A stretch of 55,023 nucleotides of DNA from Octopus bimaculoides (GCF_001194135.2 NC_068989.1:83395631-83450653); one strand, 5' to 3'; numbered from the stretch's first letter, positions 24,901-37,641 are shown. The notes: generated by a model from the sequence alone, not told the origin. Numbers and translations: made by a program.

Positions 24901-24925
24901 CTATATAGTGTAATATACATACAGA

Positions 24926-24979
<54 letters not shown>

Positions 24980-25204
24980 NNNNNNNNNNNNNNNNNNNNN
25001 NNNNNNNNNNNNNNNNNNNNNNNNNNNNNNNNNNNNNNNNNNNNNNNNNNNNNNNNNNNNNNNNNNNNNNNNNNNNNNNNNNNNNNNNNNNNNNNNNNNN
25101 NNNNNNNNNNNNNNNNNNNNNNNNNNNNNNNNNNNNNNNNNNNNNNNNNNNNNNNNNNNNNNNNNNNNNNNNNNNNNNNNNNNNNNNNNNNNNNNNNNNN
25201 NNNN

Positions 25205-25253
<49 letters not shown>

Positions 25254-25652
25254 CAAACACACATATACATACACACACATTATGTATACATACATACACA
25301 CATTTATATATATATATACACACATGATATACATATACACACACATTATACACACACACACATATTTAAATATATATATATACACACACATTATATATAT
25401 ACACACACACATTATATACACACACACACGCTCACACACACGCGCATATATGTCTGTATTTATGTGTGTCTCACAGCGTCTACAATGGCTGTCAGGCTTT
25501 CTTGACAGCGTAACGATTGTGTCCCAGAGAGCATAAAATGAACGTGTCCACTTTCACAGTCACACAAACACGGGCACACACTTCTTGTCGTTCTACATCT
25601 GTATTTTTTCCATTACTATTTTATATTTACATTCACCTACTCCTTCGTAAAA

Positions 25653-25695
<43 letters not shown>

Positions 25696-25705
25696 NNNNN
25701 NNNNN

Positions 25706-25762
<57 letters not shown>

Positions 25763-25907
25763 CGACATACATGTACCTACAAAATTCACACACACTCAAT
25801 ATATATATGCTTGTACACTTGTATAACTATCCATATATATCATTCATTCTCTAACCTCAGCATCATTATCGTCTTCGTTATTACTAATATTATTATTATT
25901 ATTATTA

Positions 25908-26100
25908 GGGCGGTTAGCTGGCAAAATCGTTAGCACGCTAGACAAAAAATGCCTGGTGGCATTTCGTCCGTCTTTACGGTCAGAGTTCGAATTTCGCCGA
26001 GGACGACTTTTCCTGTCATCCTTTCGGGGTTGATAAAAAAAAGTGTTCGATGTAAACGACTAGAACCCCGCCCCCCCCCAAAAAAAAACTTCATTTTGTA
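25908..26100 (+). mobile_element. SINE family B, diverged copy after an (ATT)n run
   Basis: GGCGGTTAGCTGGCAAAATCGTTAGCACG...CATCCTTTCGGGGTTGATAAA. Confidence 0.85.
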
Positions 26101-26417
26101 CTTATTTCCTATTTCTCACTCTTTCCCTCTGCTCCCTTTGCAAAACTTAAGGAATATTTCTCAATTCTGCCCTTATATACGTATGTGTGTTGCACGGGGT
26201 CTATATCTTATCAGTCTTAGCATTCCTAGCTAACAGGCATATGCTTATATAACTATCAACACACACACACACACACACATACATACACACATACAGTCTG
26301 CATTTAGGAGGCTAGCTTTGAGAGTTGCATTCCCTCGCGTTCGGTAAAAATGTGTTTATTATGGTAGTTTGACTTTAGAGTCCCTTCTAAGCGTGAGGCG
26401 TTCATGTATAGTAATGC

Positions 26418-26461
<44 letters not shown>

Positions 26462-26529
26462 TCGTAGTATCGAATAGCGACAACGAGTGCTCAGTACCGT
26501 ATTCTATGGATAAATATTCATTATCTTAC

Positions 26530-26585
26530 CAATGGTTTCATGTGGAAATGATTTCTACAATCTCCAAGTAATCTACTTAAGAATG
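26530..26585 (-). CDS. Candidate 56-nt exon (FLSRLLGDCRNHFHMKPL), phase 1-0
   Basis: CAG acceptor, donor TTG|GTAAGA, single open frame. Confidence 0.2.
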
Positions 26586-26685
26586 CTGATAATCGCCACT
26601 GTTTTGGCTGGGTGCCTCCAAATTGTGGCAACTCCCATTCACAATGGAGGATTTTACCACCATTCTTAAGTGGGTCGCTTAAAGA

Positions 26686-27095
26686 TTACTCTTTACTCTT
26701 TTACTTGTTTCAGTCATTTGACTGCGGCCATGCTGGCGCACTGCCTTTTAGTCGAGCAAATCGACCCCAGGACTTATTCTTTGTAAGCCTACTACTTATT
26801 CTATCGGTCTCTTTTTGCCGAACCGCTAAGTTACGGGGACGTAAAAACACCAGCCTCGGTTGTCAAGCGAAGTTGGGGGGACAAACACAGACACACTAAC
26901 ATATACACACATACATATATACATATATACGACGGGCTTCTTTCAGTTTCCGTCTACCAAATCCACTCACAAGGCTTTGGTCGGCCCGAGGCTAAAGTAG
27001 AAGACACTTGCCCAAGGTGTCACGCAGTTGGACTGAACCCAGAACCATGTGGTTGGTAAGCAAGCTACTTAGCACAAAACCACTCATGCGCCTAT
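26686..27095 (-). mobile_element. SINE family A, full-length young copy
   Basis: Complete from ATAGGCGCA head to (AAAGAGT)n tail. Confidence 0.95.
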
Positions 27096-27418
27096 GATTA
27101 TGGAAACCCTTTCCATATGATCTCTTGGTAGCATTGTTAACTCATAAATATAGTGTGTGCGCATTTCAAAGTGTTTCAGTTTTAAAGCTGCGGTCATGCT
27201 GGGGTATATATATACTTACACACACACACATACATATTTACATATATACTTGCACACACAAACATACATAAGCACATATACATCATGAACTTTCAAAAGG
27301 TTCTTCTCGGGGCCCATAAGCTCATAAGGCAGTTTTTCCCGAGTCTAACGCGCATATATATCCACACACGCACGCGCCTGTATGTATGTACGCATCTGTA
27401 ATCGGAATACGAAATACG

Positions 27419-27449
<31 letters not shown>

Positions 27450-27853
27450 CACCATACGTAGCATCTTTAGTGACAACTGCAGAACAATGAACAATACTGC
27501 ACCAACCACTGATGTTGCTGCACTATTAGCTGTTGTTGTTGTTGTTGTTATTATTATTCTCTCAGTTGCTGTGATGTTTGTTTCTGACAATGAGATTGTG
27601 TTAGTTCTTGTAACGGTCCATAAACATTAATAGTGAAGCAAACACGAAACGCTATAATTTATTCATATAAACACACGCAGGAATAGGAATCAAAGATATA
27701 TTATTAAAAGCATTTCTACACTGAATATTAAATGCTGTGTGTAGGAGGAGTGGATAGTCCTTAGATCACATGATGAAGATAAACCAATCACGGTGCCGTG
27801 CACAGAAATCTGTGGATCAAACACCAAAATTATGAGGAACTCTATTGTAATGG

Positions 27854-27952
27854 AGGTGCAGGCTGGTTTTGCGTGGTAAGAAGTTTGGTTCTCAGCCACA
27901 TGATTCTGGATTCAATCCCACTGCGCGGCACATTGGCTAAGAGCCTTCTACA
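27854..27952 (+). mobile_element. SINE family A, isolated diverged tRNA head
   Basis: GCGTGGTAAGAAG...GGATTCAATCCCACTGCGCGGCAC. Confidence 0.75.
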
Positions 27953-28786
27953 ACTTAAATATATACATATATGTATATAAGCATATGAATATGTGCTTAT
28001 ATGTATATGTGTGACGAAAGAACTCTGGCCGAAATAAGATTAAGATTAATGTAATATAAAGCTGAAGCAAATTAACACCAAATATACAGTGCGTGTGTTT
28101 TATTGGCTAAACTGGCAATATGACCATCCCCAAGTATAACAACATATATATATATATATATATACATACACACATATACATATAAGCACATATTCATATG
28201 CTTATATACATATATGTATATATTTAAGTTTATAAATGCCAATGCATGAAACTCGCGGCCCATAAGTCACTCTGTAGCTTCTGCGTATTATATATATATA
28301 AACGTATATTATACTCATGTTTTGAGTTCGATTTTATACGCATAAATGTGAGACGGAAAGCGACAATAACTGCATCTGTTACTAACGCGTCAGCAATGTT
28401 CATTTTTGTGGCTGTAATGTAGACATATACATTTCTACATAACACACACACACATATAATAATTATGCAAATACATTCCAAGAAACAACCCCCGTCTTTC
28501 AAGATGTTGCTTAAATACTTGATATTCAATAAAGTACTCAATACATATACATATGTAGAGTTTAATTATCTGTCTTTGAATATTGGACCTGCGACGGAAT
28601 AAACCATTTGATGTTCCTCTTTGAACTCTTCCACTATTGCCCTGAGGTGAGTACAAAGAGAAACTTGAAAAACTTGATTCGATTGTAGGGCCAATATTCA
28701 TAAATGCAAAAACGTGTGTATATCAACATGCATACATGCATAAATCAAACACAACCGTACGTATAGTATGTGTGTGTGCATATGTG

Positions 28787-28863
<77 letters not shown>

Positions 28864-29159
28864 GCGAAGTATGGTATAGATCTCTACTGCGTAGTGCTCA
28901 GATACATGAGAAAATTCTAACAGATCAATAGAAACTTATGTTATTGAATACACCTACGACATCTCAGCTCTTTATTAGGTGTAAAGATGGTTACGGAATA
29001 AGTTCTGGTGCTTGAAACAACTGTCAAGATAAGACTATTACATAACTCTTCCCGTTGGCATTGTTTCTTTATTCTATAATCTGCATTTCTGTCATTTATT
29101 GTCCATGTAAATATACTATTAAGCCTACTGGTGTTCATCTGTTGTACTGCTTATATATG

Positions 29160-29275
29160 CAAGTCATGGGACTGAAACATAACACAATAACGGAATATAT
29201 CTTCATTCAAACTGGTGCTACATAATAAAACAAACTAATATTGGTTGCTGAGTAGAAATACCAGGCCTTATCCCC
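29160..29275 (+). mobile_element. Very decayed R4/Dong-like 3' fragment
   Basis: Nucleotide remnants resemble MWGLKT.TIP...GA...IPGL of the same clade as 14779-15001. Confidence 0.3.
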
Positions 29276-29563
29276 GACCAACAATGAATGTCTGTTACAG
29301 TAAGAAATAATACCGAACGTCTTCCTACATTAACATTGAACTCCCATTTCAAAACCAAATCTACCATGTCCACTAGTCTACTTTATATATCATTATAATG
29401 TCATAACGTTTTTTTTTCTCTTCTCCAATGTGTGTGTGAGTGTGTGAGAGAGGGAGAGAGAATATAAGGCAATGAGCTCATAAAGAAGACAACACAGAAG
29501 GGAATAGTTTAAACAAATGTTATATTGGGGTAACGCTTAAAAAAAATCAAAGGAAAATGGTTC

Positions 29564-29591
29564 GACGTTTCGGACGCAAGTCTTTCATCAG
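29564..29591 (-). ncRNA. Degenerate hammerhead core motif
   Basis: CUGAUGA-AA-GAC-UUGC-GUC-C-GAAACGUC; helix I mostly lost. Confidence 0.4.
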
Positions 29592-30185
29592 GAGAAAAAT
29601 AAAATAATGTATAAAGGTAGTGGGGAGATAATAAACGGAGGGAAAATGGTTGGAAAAAAATATGTGCGTCAGTACGTATATGCAGTCGTTTGTAATATGA
29701 TGTAATGATCAACAAGTTTGCTTCGATGCTACGAGTTTCACGATTTGATCGGGCTCAGCGTGGCATGTTGGGCCAATATAAAAACGATAGCTTCAAGTCA
29801 GCCCAAGACATGTCATTGATATGGGAGAGAGAGGAACTATACGGAAACCCATCAGAATGATTGAACACTTAATTCAAAGGTCCAACCATATTACATGCTG
29901 TTTCAACAACGTGAAAATTACCTCAGGAGTATAGGTGTCTATGGAATACCCAACCACTTAAACGCTGAATCAAAAAACAGATAGTTCAAAATAAACGCTC
30001 ATCGTTAAAAGCGACGAAGATCCTTTTATATTTATTTGCATACGTCCATGCACACATGCATTTGTAAGTAAGTACGAGTGCATATGCATGCAGTTATATG
30101 TACTGATACAGTTGCTGTTGGTGTTTAACCCAAGGTCAGCCTTGCTTAAGCAGTCTTGTGATTAAAGGCATTTCATTCATTGCAG

Positions 30186-30338
30186 TCAACAATTATCTCA
30201 GCGGTGCTATCCTCTGGACAACAAACAACTAAATCCATTTGAAAGAAAATTAAGTTGCGATCTGAAAAGAATCGGTCGCTATTTCCAGCAAGTGGAGTCG
30301 CAATGCAATGTCTCCTCCAACGGCTCATGTTCGCAACA
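30186..30338 (+). CDS. Candidate 153-nt exon (QQLSQRCYPLDNKQLNPFERKLSCDLKRIGRYFQQVESQCNVSSNGSCSQ), phase 2-2
   Basis: Acceptor TTTCATTCATTGCAG, donor CA|GTATGT, 50 open codons, other two frames closed. Confidence 0.35.
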
Positions 30339-30458
30339 GTATGTTTATGTGTGTGTATCTGCGCTCGTGTATATTGCATGTCAATGAGCGTATGTATATA
30401 TGTGGGGTTTTTTAAGAGTATGCAGATATATAAATCATGCATATATGTTACTATGTAC

Positions 30459-30541
<83 letters not shown>

Positions 30542-30597
30542 CACAACACGCACATATATATATATACACACACACATAAATAAATAAATATATATAT

Positions 30598-30650
30598 ATG
30601 ATATTCGTTAACTTGTTTCAGTGATTTAACTGCGGCCATGCTGAAGCATC
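30598..30650 (-). mobile_element. SINE family A tail fragment
   Basis: ACTTGTTTCAGTGATTTAACTGCGGCCATGCTG. Confidence 0.7.
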
Positions 30651-31284
30651 ACGTGTGTATAAATATATATCATATATATATAATGAAAGTATAGGCGAGC
30701 ATGCTTGTGTGTAAGTACAACGCTGTACATGTAGCTATCTATCCATCCATCTATATGTGTGTGTGTGTGTGTGTGCATGATAAACATATATATAAGAGGG
30801 AATGTGTTTCTGTGTATATATTTCTATAGGAGTGTGCATGCGTGCTACGTGTGTACTTGATATGTCTCTGTATGTAGATATGTATGTATACATATACATA
30901 TATATAATTCTCTCGTGTCAACCATTAGGCCGACATTCAAACTGCCTGTCTTAACTGATTAAGTCGCAGTGCTGGGAGACCGCCATTTGCGTCTGATACA
31001 ACGAGACAGCCTGACAATCGAAACCAAAAGCACCCTGTAGTCTATGTATAGATATGTGTGTGTATATCCGTGTGTTCGAGTATGTCTGTGCATATGTGTG
31101 TGTCAGAATACATTCCCTTCCTTTGCTTGGCCTCTTCGCCTCCGCCCTCCGATGCCAATTATCCTTACCATCAACGCCACCAACACAGTCACCTTCATGC
31201 TATTTCAGCATGACTCTTCACTTACTCTACTTTCCTTCCTCAGGATTCATAAGATGCATTCGTACATACACACATACATACACT

Positions 31285-31323
<39 letters not shown>

Positions 31324-32101
31324 NNNNNNNNNNNNNNNNNNNNNNNNNNNNNNNNNNNNNNNNNNNNNNNNNNNNNNNNNNNNNNNNNNNNNNNNNNNNN
31401 NNNNNNNNNNNNNNNNNNNNNNNNNNNNNNNNNNNNNNNNNNNNNNNNNNNNNNNNNNNNNNNNNNNNNNNNNNNNNNNNNNNNNNNNNNNNNNNNNNNN
31501 NNNNNNNNNNNNNNNNNNNNNNNNNNNNNNNNNNNNNNNNNNNNNNNNNNNNNNNNNNNNNNNNNNNNNNNNNNNNNNNNNNNNNNNNNNNNNNNNNNNN
31601 NNNNNNNNNNNNNNNNNNNNNNNNNNNNNNNNNNNNNNNNNNNNNNNNNNNNNNNNNNNNNNNNNNNNNNNNNNNNNNNNNNNNNNNNNNNNNNNNNNNN
31701 NNNNNNNNNNNNNNNNNNNNNNNNNNNNNNNNNNNNNNNNNNNNNNNNNNNNNNNNNNNNNNNNNNNNNNNNNNNNNNNNNNNNNNNNNNNNNNNNNNNN
31801 NNNNNNNNNNNNNNNNNNNNNNNNNNNNNNNNNNNNNNNNNNNNNNNNNNNNNNNNNNNNNNNNNNNNNNNNNNNNNNNNNNNNNNNNNNNNNNNNNNNN
31901 NNNNNNNNNNNNNNNNNNNNNNNNNNNNNNNNNNNNNNNNNNNNNNNNNNNNNNNNNNNNNNNNNNNNNNNNNNNNNNNNNNNNNNNNNNNNNNNNNNNN
32001 NNNNNNNNNNNNNNNNNNNNNNNNNNNNNNNNNNNNNNNNNNNNNNNNNNNNNNNNNNNNNNNNNNNNNNNNNNNNNNNNNNNNNNNNNNNNNNNNNNNN
32101 N

Positions 32102-32450
32102 TGTACACATACATACCCATATATATACACATACATACCCATATATACACATACCTATATATACACATACATACCTATATATACACATACATACCTATAT
32201 ATACACATACATACCTATATATACACATACATACCTATATATATATACACATGCATATACATATATGTATATATGCATGTGTATATACATATATGTACAC
32301 ATACAAACCTAAATATACACATACATACCTATATGTACACATACATACCTATATGTACACATACATACCTATATGTACACATACATACCTATATGTACAC
32401 ATACATACCCATATATACACATACATACCTATACATACACATACATACAC
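32102..32450. repeat. 20-bp minisatellite (ATACACATACATACCTATAT)n with GTACAC variants
   Basis: Visible 20-nt periodicity. Confidence 0.95.
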
Positions 32451-32508
32451 ATAGATATCTTATTTTATTCCTGTCCGTTTCCATTATATCCGCTGTATTG
32501 TTGTCCAG

Positions 32509-32585
32509 TGAAAGTGGACACCTTACATATCCTGAACACAGATATTGTATTACAGGCCTTAAATAAGAGAACGCTACGCCTCCAG
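32509..32585 (+). CDS. Candidate 77-nt exon (KVDTLHILNTDIVLQALNKRTLRLQ), phase 1-0
   Basis: Acceptor TATTGTTGTCCAG, donor CAG|GTATGG, open frame. Confidence 0.3.
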
Positions 32586-33395
32586 GTATGGCCGACTTCA
32601 TGGAACCTTACTATAACTACCAGTGGACTTTACACTGTTTCTCCTTCTGTTCTATTTTACTTCAATTCTTCTCTTTCTCCGACTTTTTCTTCTTCTTTCT
32701 GCTTAATCTTCTTCCCCTTCCTAAAAACCTGTAGATCTTATCCGCCATTTTGTTTCACTTCAGAATCACTTATATTTCCAGTCCAGCTTCCCTTCTTCTT
32801 CTCGTCTCATCCCAACCACCACCACCACCACCACCACCACCACCACCGCCGCCACACCTTCATGCAATACTCGTCTTCACACTCACCAGATTTCTGCGCC
32901 GTTCTTTGAATTGCGCATGCGTCTTTTNNNNNNNNNNNNNNNNNNNNNNNNNNNNNNNNNNNNNNNNNNNNNNNNNNNNNNNNNNNNNNNNNNNNNNNNN
33001 NNNNNNNNNNNNNNNNNNNNNNNNNNNNNNNNNNNNNNNNNNNNNNNNNNNNNNNNNNNNNNNNNNNNNNNNNNNNNNNNNNNNNNNNNNNNNNNNNNNN
33101 NNNNNNNNNNNNNNNNNNNNNNNNNNNNNNNNNNNNNNNNNNNNNNNNNNNNNNNNNNNNNNNNNNNNNNNNNNNNNNNNNNNNNNNNNNNNNNNNNNNN
33201 NNNNNNNNNNNNNNNNNNNNNNNNNNNNNNNNNNNNNNNNNNNNNNNNNNNNNNNNNNNNNNNNNNNNNNNNNNNNNNNNNNNNNNNNNNNNNNNNNNNN
33301 NNNNNNNNNNNNNNNNNNNNNNNNNNNNNNNNNNNNNNNNNNNNNNNNNNNNNNNNNNNNNNNNNNNNNNNNNNNNNNNNNNNNNNNNNNNNNNN

Positions 33396-33429
<34 letters not shown>

Positions 33430-34351
33430 GTTAGAAAGGAAATGCATATAAAATATACAGTATAAGAGATCATGTGCATAGTGACATGTACTCTTACTAA
33501 CACTCTTTTAGTTTCGTTCTCCCCCTTTCTCTCCTTCACAAACACTCCCACTGACAAAGAGGCAAAGAAAAATGAATGATAATATAAACATATAGAAAAA
33601 TAGCTTATATTGTATGAAGGAAACGTAGATGCACACAGCTACACATACACCTACGAACTCACACAGATACTGAGAAAGAAAGTAGAGAGAGAGAGATAAG
33701 CGAGAGAACATGCGATATACATGCACTGAGATCAAGATACTTAGTGTGAGAAACTCATATACGCACATTCACTTGAGCTATCGCACATATATATATATGC
33801 ACTTTCACCGAAATGCGCACATATATACACATGCATTCACGCGTGTACACGCATAATTGTATACGAAAATACACTAAAGCATATATATATAGATACATAC
33901 ATAAATGCAATACAAACACAGCCTTATAGATGCATGCATACATAGATCCACGAACACATTTATACAGACAAATACACAACTGCACATTCCATTCACCAAA
34001 GAATGCTAAAATGTTCTGCACAAATATCTATGCAGAAATCAGTATAAACATACAGCAATGCATAGCCATGTACGTTTATACACATAAAATACACGCAAAA
34101 ACATGCAACACGCGTAGACACTCATACACGTACAGAAAGGTATTTACACAGCGACACAAAATCACACACATACATGTATACACCTACGTAGCATTTTACT
34201 CACATACTCACATACACATGCCAACATAGAATTTACACTCATACACATGATTTACATACTTATACATTTACATACACACACAAACACACAGACAGGCGCG
34301 CGTTAACACACAAATATAGCCATAAGATGAAGAGCGGGAAGCAGTAACAAG

Positions 34352-34587
34352 ATGGCGCCCATATATCGCTTTGCTAATCGAATCAGGAGTGAGGTGAAAG
34401 TAGAAGTGAAATATTGGCAACGAATTCTATTAGATTTGCACAGCACTCCATTCCGTTCTTTGGTACACTCAAATAGTTTAGGAACGAAGATGTGTGATAA
34501 AACGAACACAAGGAATAAATTAGAACGTGTGGTCAACGTACTTAGCGAAGACCTAGCTGACCATTATCTTCTAACCTTGCAAGCAAT
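34352..34587 (+). CDS. Candidate coding exon: first exon from ATG 34352 (MAPIYRFANRIRSEVKVEVKYWQRILLDL...HYLLTLQA) or internal exon from 34387
   Basis: 78 open codons to donor AT|GTATGT; AAGATGGCG start context; alternative acceptor GCTAATCGAATCAG at 34386. Confidence 0.3.
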
Positions 34588-35024
34588 GTATGTAACTGAT
34601 CTATCTGCATAGAGAGAGCGAGAGAGAGAGAGAGGGAGAGNNNNNNNNNNNNNNNNNNNNNNNNNNNNNNNNNNNNNNNNNNNNNNNNNNNNNNNNNNNN
34701 NNNNNNNNNNNNNNNNNNNNNNNNNNNNNNNNNNNNNNNNNNNNNNNNNNNNNNNNNNNNNNNNNNNNNNNNNNNNNNNNNNNNNNNNNNNNNNNNNNNN
34801 NNNNNNNNNNNNNNNNNNNNNNNNNNNNNNNNNNNNNNNNNNNNNNNNNNNNNNNNNNNNNNNNNNNNNNNNNNNNNNNNNNNNNNNNNNNNNNNNNNNN
34901 NNNNNNNNGAGGGAGAGGGGGAGGGGAGAGAGACCTATTACACATTCGCATACGTGTGTGTTCTTTATGTAGTAGCCATAGTAGTATATTATATGTATAT
35001 ATCTATGTAATTACTTGTAGTAGT

Positions 35025-35100
35025 AGTAGTAGTAGTAGTAGTAGCTGTAGTAGTTGTAGTAGTAGTAGTAGTAGCTGTCGTAGTAGTAGTAATAGTAGTG
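35025..35100. repeat. (GTA)n microsatellite
   Basis: Direct inspection. Confidence 0.95.
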
Positions 35101-35698
35101 TCGCTAGTCAAAATAAGGTGTGTGTGTGTGTGTGTGCGACTGCAGACCTCAAGTGCTAGAATTTATTAACATATCACGTTCAAACACTCGAAACCCTCAC
35201 ACCTAGTCGCTAAAATCAGATGTTACACCTGAAGAGCGTTTCAAGCAAGAAACGTCACAGTCATAGTAATATACCAACGACATTTTAATTTTTCTTTTTC
35301 TTTTTTTTTTCTTTTTTCTTGCTGCCATCCAATATTCCTGCTGAATTAATCTCAAATGTTTTCTACTATCAACCGTTTCTCTTTCGTTATTATTCTTTTC
35401 TTTTTTTTTTTGTTTTCTGCAGTCAACTATTTTTGTTCTGCTATTCTTAACATATCAATTATACATTGCTATGTGTACTTACAATCAATGATATGCCAGA
35501 CTTACTCTGGGACCGAATTATCACGCGTTTAACTGATGAGCTGTTGGAGACGCTGTAGTATATATGTACATGCGTGTCTGTGTAGGAGTGTTCCCGTGTC
35601 TGTATGTACGTGTCCAAAGTGGAGAATGTAGATTAGCACACATTTCACAATCGAGTACTTTCTTTCATTTATACAACAATAATTGTGAGTGTGTATGT

Positions 35699-36013
35699 GC
35701 GTGACTTAGTAGTTAGGGTATTTGGATTACGGTTGTAAGGTCGTGCGTTCGATTCTCGGTGGCGTGTTGTGTCCTTGCGCAAAACACTTTATTTCACGTT
35801 GCTCCAAGCCACGCAGCTATTACAAATGAGGTGGACTTGTTATTCAAAGTGCCAACCTTGCCTCATTCTAACTCACGCTGAATCATCCCTGAGAACTACG
35901 CTAAAGGTAATTGTGTTTGTGGAGTGCTCAGCCATTTGCACCTTAATTTCACGAACAGACTGTTCCATTGACCGGATCAAGTAGAACACTCATCGTCGTA
36001 ACCGACGGAGGGC
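35699..36013 (+). mobile_element. SINE family C, diverged full-length copy
   Basis: GCGTGACTTAGTAG head, GTTCGATTC B-box, TGTCCTTGCGCAAAACAC, ends GTAACCGACGGAG. Confidence 0.85.
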
Positions 36014-36156
36014 TAGTGTATAATCGAATTGAACAAACTATGTGCTCAGAGATTAAAGATTGCTTAGAGACACGAGACACGGTATGAAATCTGCCTAACC
36101 ACGTGCATCAATAGCAAGAAACTATTACCTCATTTTAAAATACAGTGTACATTACA

Positions 36157-36195
<39 letters not shown>

Positions 36196-37038
36196 ATATA
36201 AATAATATAATATATGCATATATACATACATATATGTAAATACCTACATAGATATGTATATATACATGCATATAAGGGTACAGGACATAAAAAAACGTAG
36301 ACAAAATGAGAAACGAGAACATAAAAAACAAAAACATAGAAAACGAAGTTTTTTTGAAGAACGAAAGAAACAAACAAACAGAGAAACGAGAAAGGCAACA
36401 TAAAGAACATTCCCTTCATCAGTTGTCCCCTGTTTTATCTACTCCGCGTTTCGAAGAATCGGGGTGTATAGTTTAGGCGTTCACCTCATGAAACACATCT
36501 GCGTATGGTGACTATTTAAAAATTGAAAGGTGAGAAAGTTCCTTAGGGCGCCACTGTATCAATAATCCCAAAATCCACGAGACACATGTACAATATTTAT
36601 AATTTTAAAAAACATCAAAAGAACAGAGGTTAGCAATATTCCTTTTGGAAGGAATTTGCTAATTCCATCCTTCAGTTTTTTAGTCTTTGATTGCGTGAAA
36701 GCAATAAACGTATAATAAAATGCTGTCCGAGTTGTTTTCATCGCATGAAACTACTACTAGCTCATAAAAATATGTACTGTGTTTATTAAATGATATATAG
36801 CTCTTGCCAGATGGAGTACTTTCTTGCTGATCTTACTTTCATGGAACAGTATACTATATGTATATTCTTCCATGTGATCGGCTTGAAAAATTGTTAAGAT
36901 ATTAAGGTATTTTTCTTAACATGAAACCAATGGTAGCCTTAACGCACAAATACAGAAATTCTATCCATCAATGAGGTGTTGAGCACTCATTCATGTCGTT
37001 CAACATTTACGTGTGTGTGTGCGCGCACATAGAGAGTT

Positions 37039-37238
37039 TTGTGTTTGTCCACCGCACGACATCTGCTGCTGACTTGGTTACGGTTACCAAAAACTTTGCC
37101 GTTCGGTAACAGACGCCGATAGAATAAGTACTAGGCTTAAAAATATGCACAGTGGAGTAGGATGCGATTTGCTCCACTGAAACACACGATGGTGGTGTAT
37201 CAGCATGACTGCAATCCAATGACTGAAGCAAGTTAAAG
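37039..37238 (+). mobile_element. SINE family A, diverged 3' half
   Basis: GATAGAATAAGTACTAGGCTTA...CAGCATGACTGCA.TCCAATGACTGAA. Confidence 0.8.
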
Positions 37239-37591
37239 GATATGCGAGTATATGTGTGGGCACACATACTATTATTCAGAATTTCCTATTTCTGTCCTTG
37301 GATATTCTTTAGGCAGAGATGGTGAAAAATCCCAGAAAGGATTCCACTCTTTATTTACTTTGTTCGACACAATTGTTGACTTATGGTAATTCCCTGTGTT
37401 TAAAGTTAGTTTAGTCTGGTTGAATAACGAAACCTTACTGAGGCATTATTTCATTATACCGTTCCAGGAATACATACGTCACTGAAATAGAGAACATATT
37501 AAACAACAATAAAGTTGGCGATGTTTTGGTATTTTAGGTGGTATTTGTTACATATAAGAAGCGCTAATTCCCAACTGGAAAAAAAAAGCAT

Positions 37592-37641
<50 letters not shown>

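Noticed and set aside
25544-25557. 14-mer GTGAAAGTGGACAC shared (inverted) with 32508-32521
   Set aside because: Several exact 14-mer matches are expected by chance in ~48 kb of two-strand sequence
28560-28660. Strong plus donor GAG|GTGAGT overlapping a strong minus acceptor
   Set aside because: Plus strand has no open frame back to an acceptor; minus-strand frames lack a good donor
29922-29964. Minus-strand segment with strong acceptor and GAG|GTAATT donor
   Set aside because: Stops in all three frames; it shows that strong splice pairs arise here without coding potential, which lowers confidence in all exon calls
35533-35555. Additional CTGATGA motifs here and at 13064 (-), 36416 (-) and 49522
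   Set aside because: They lack an intact GAAA box or pairing helices; not supportable as ribozymes
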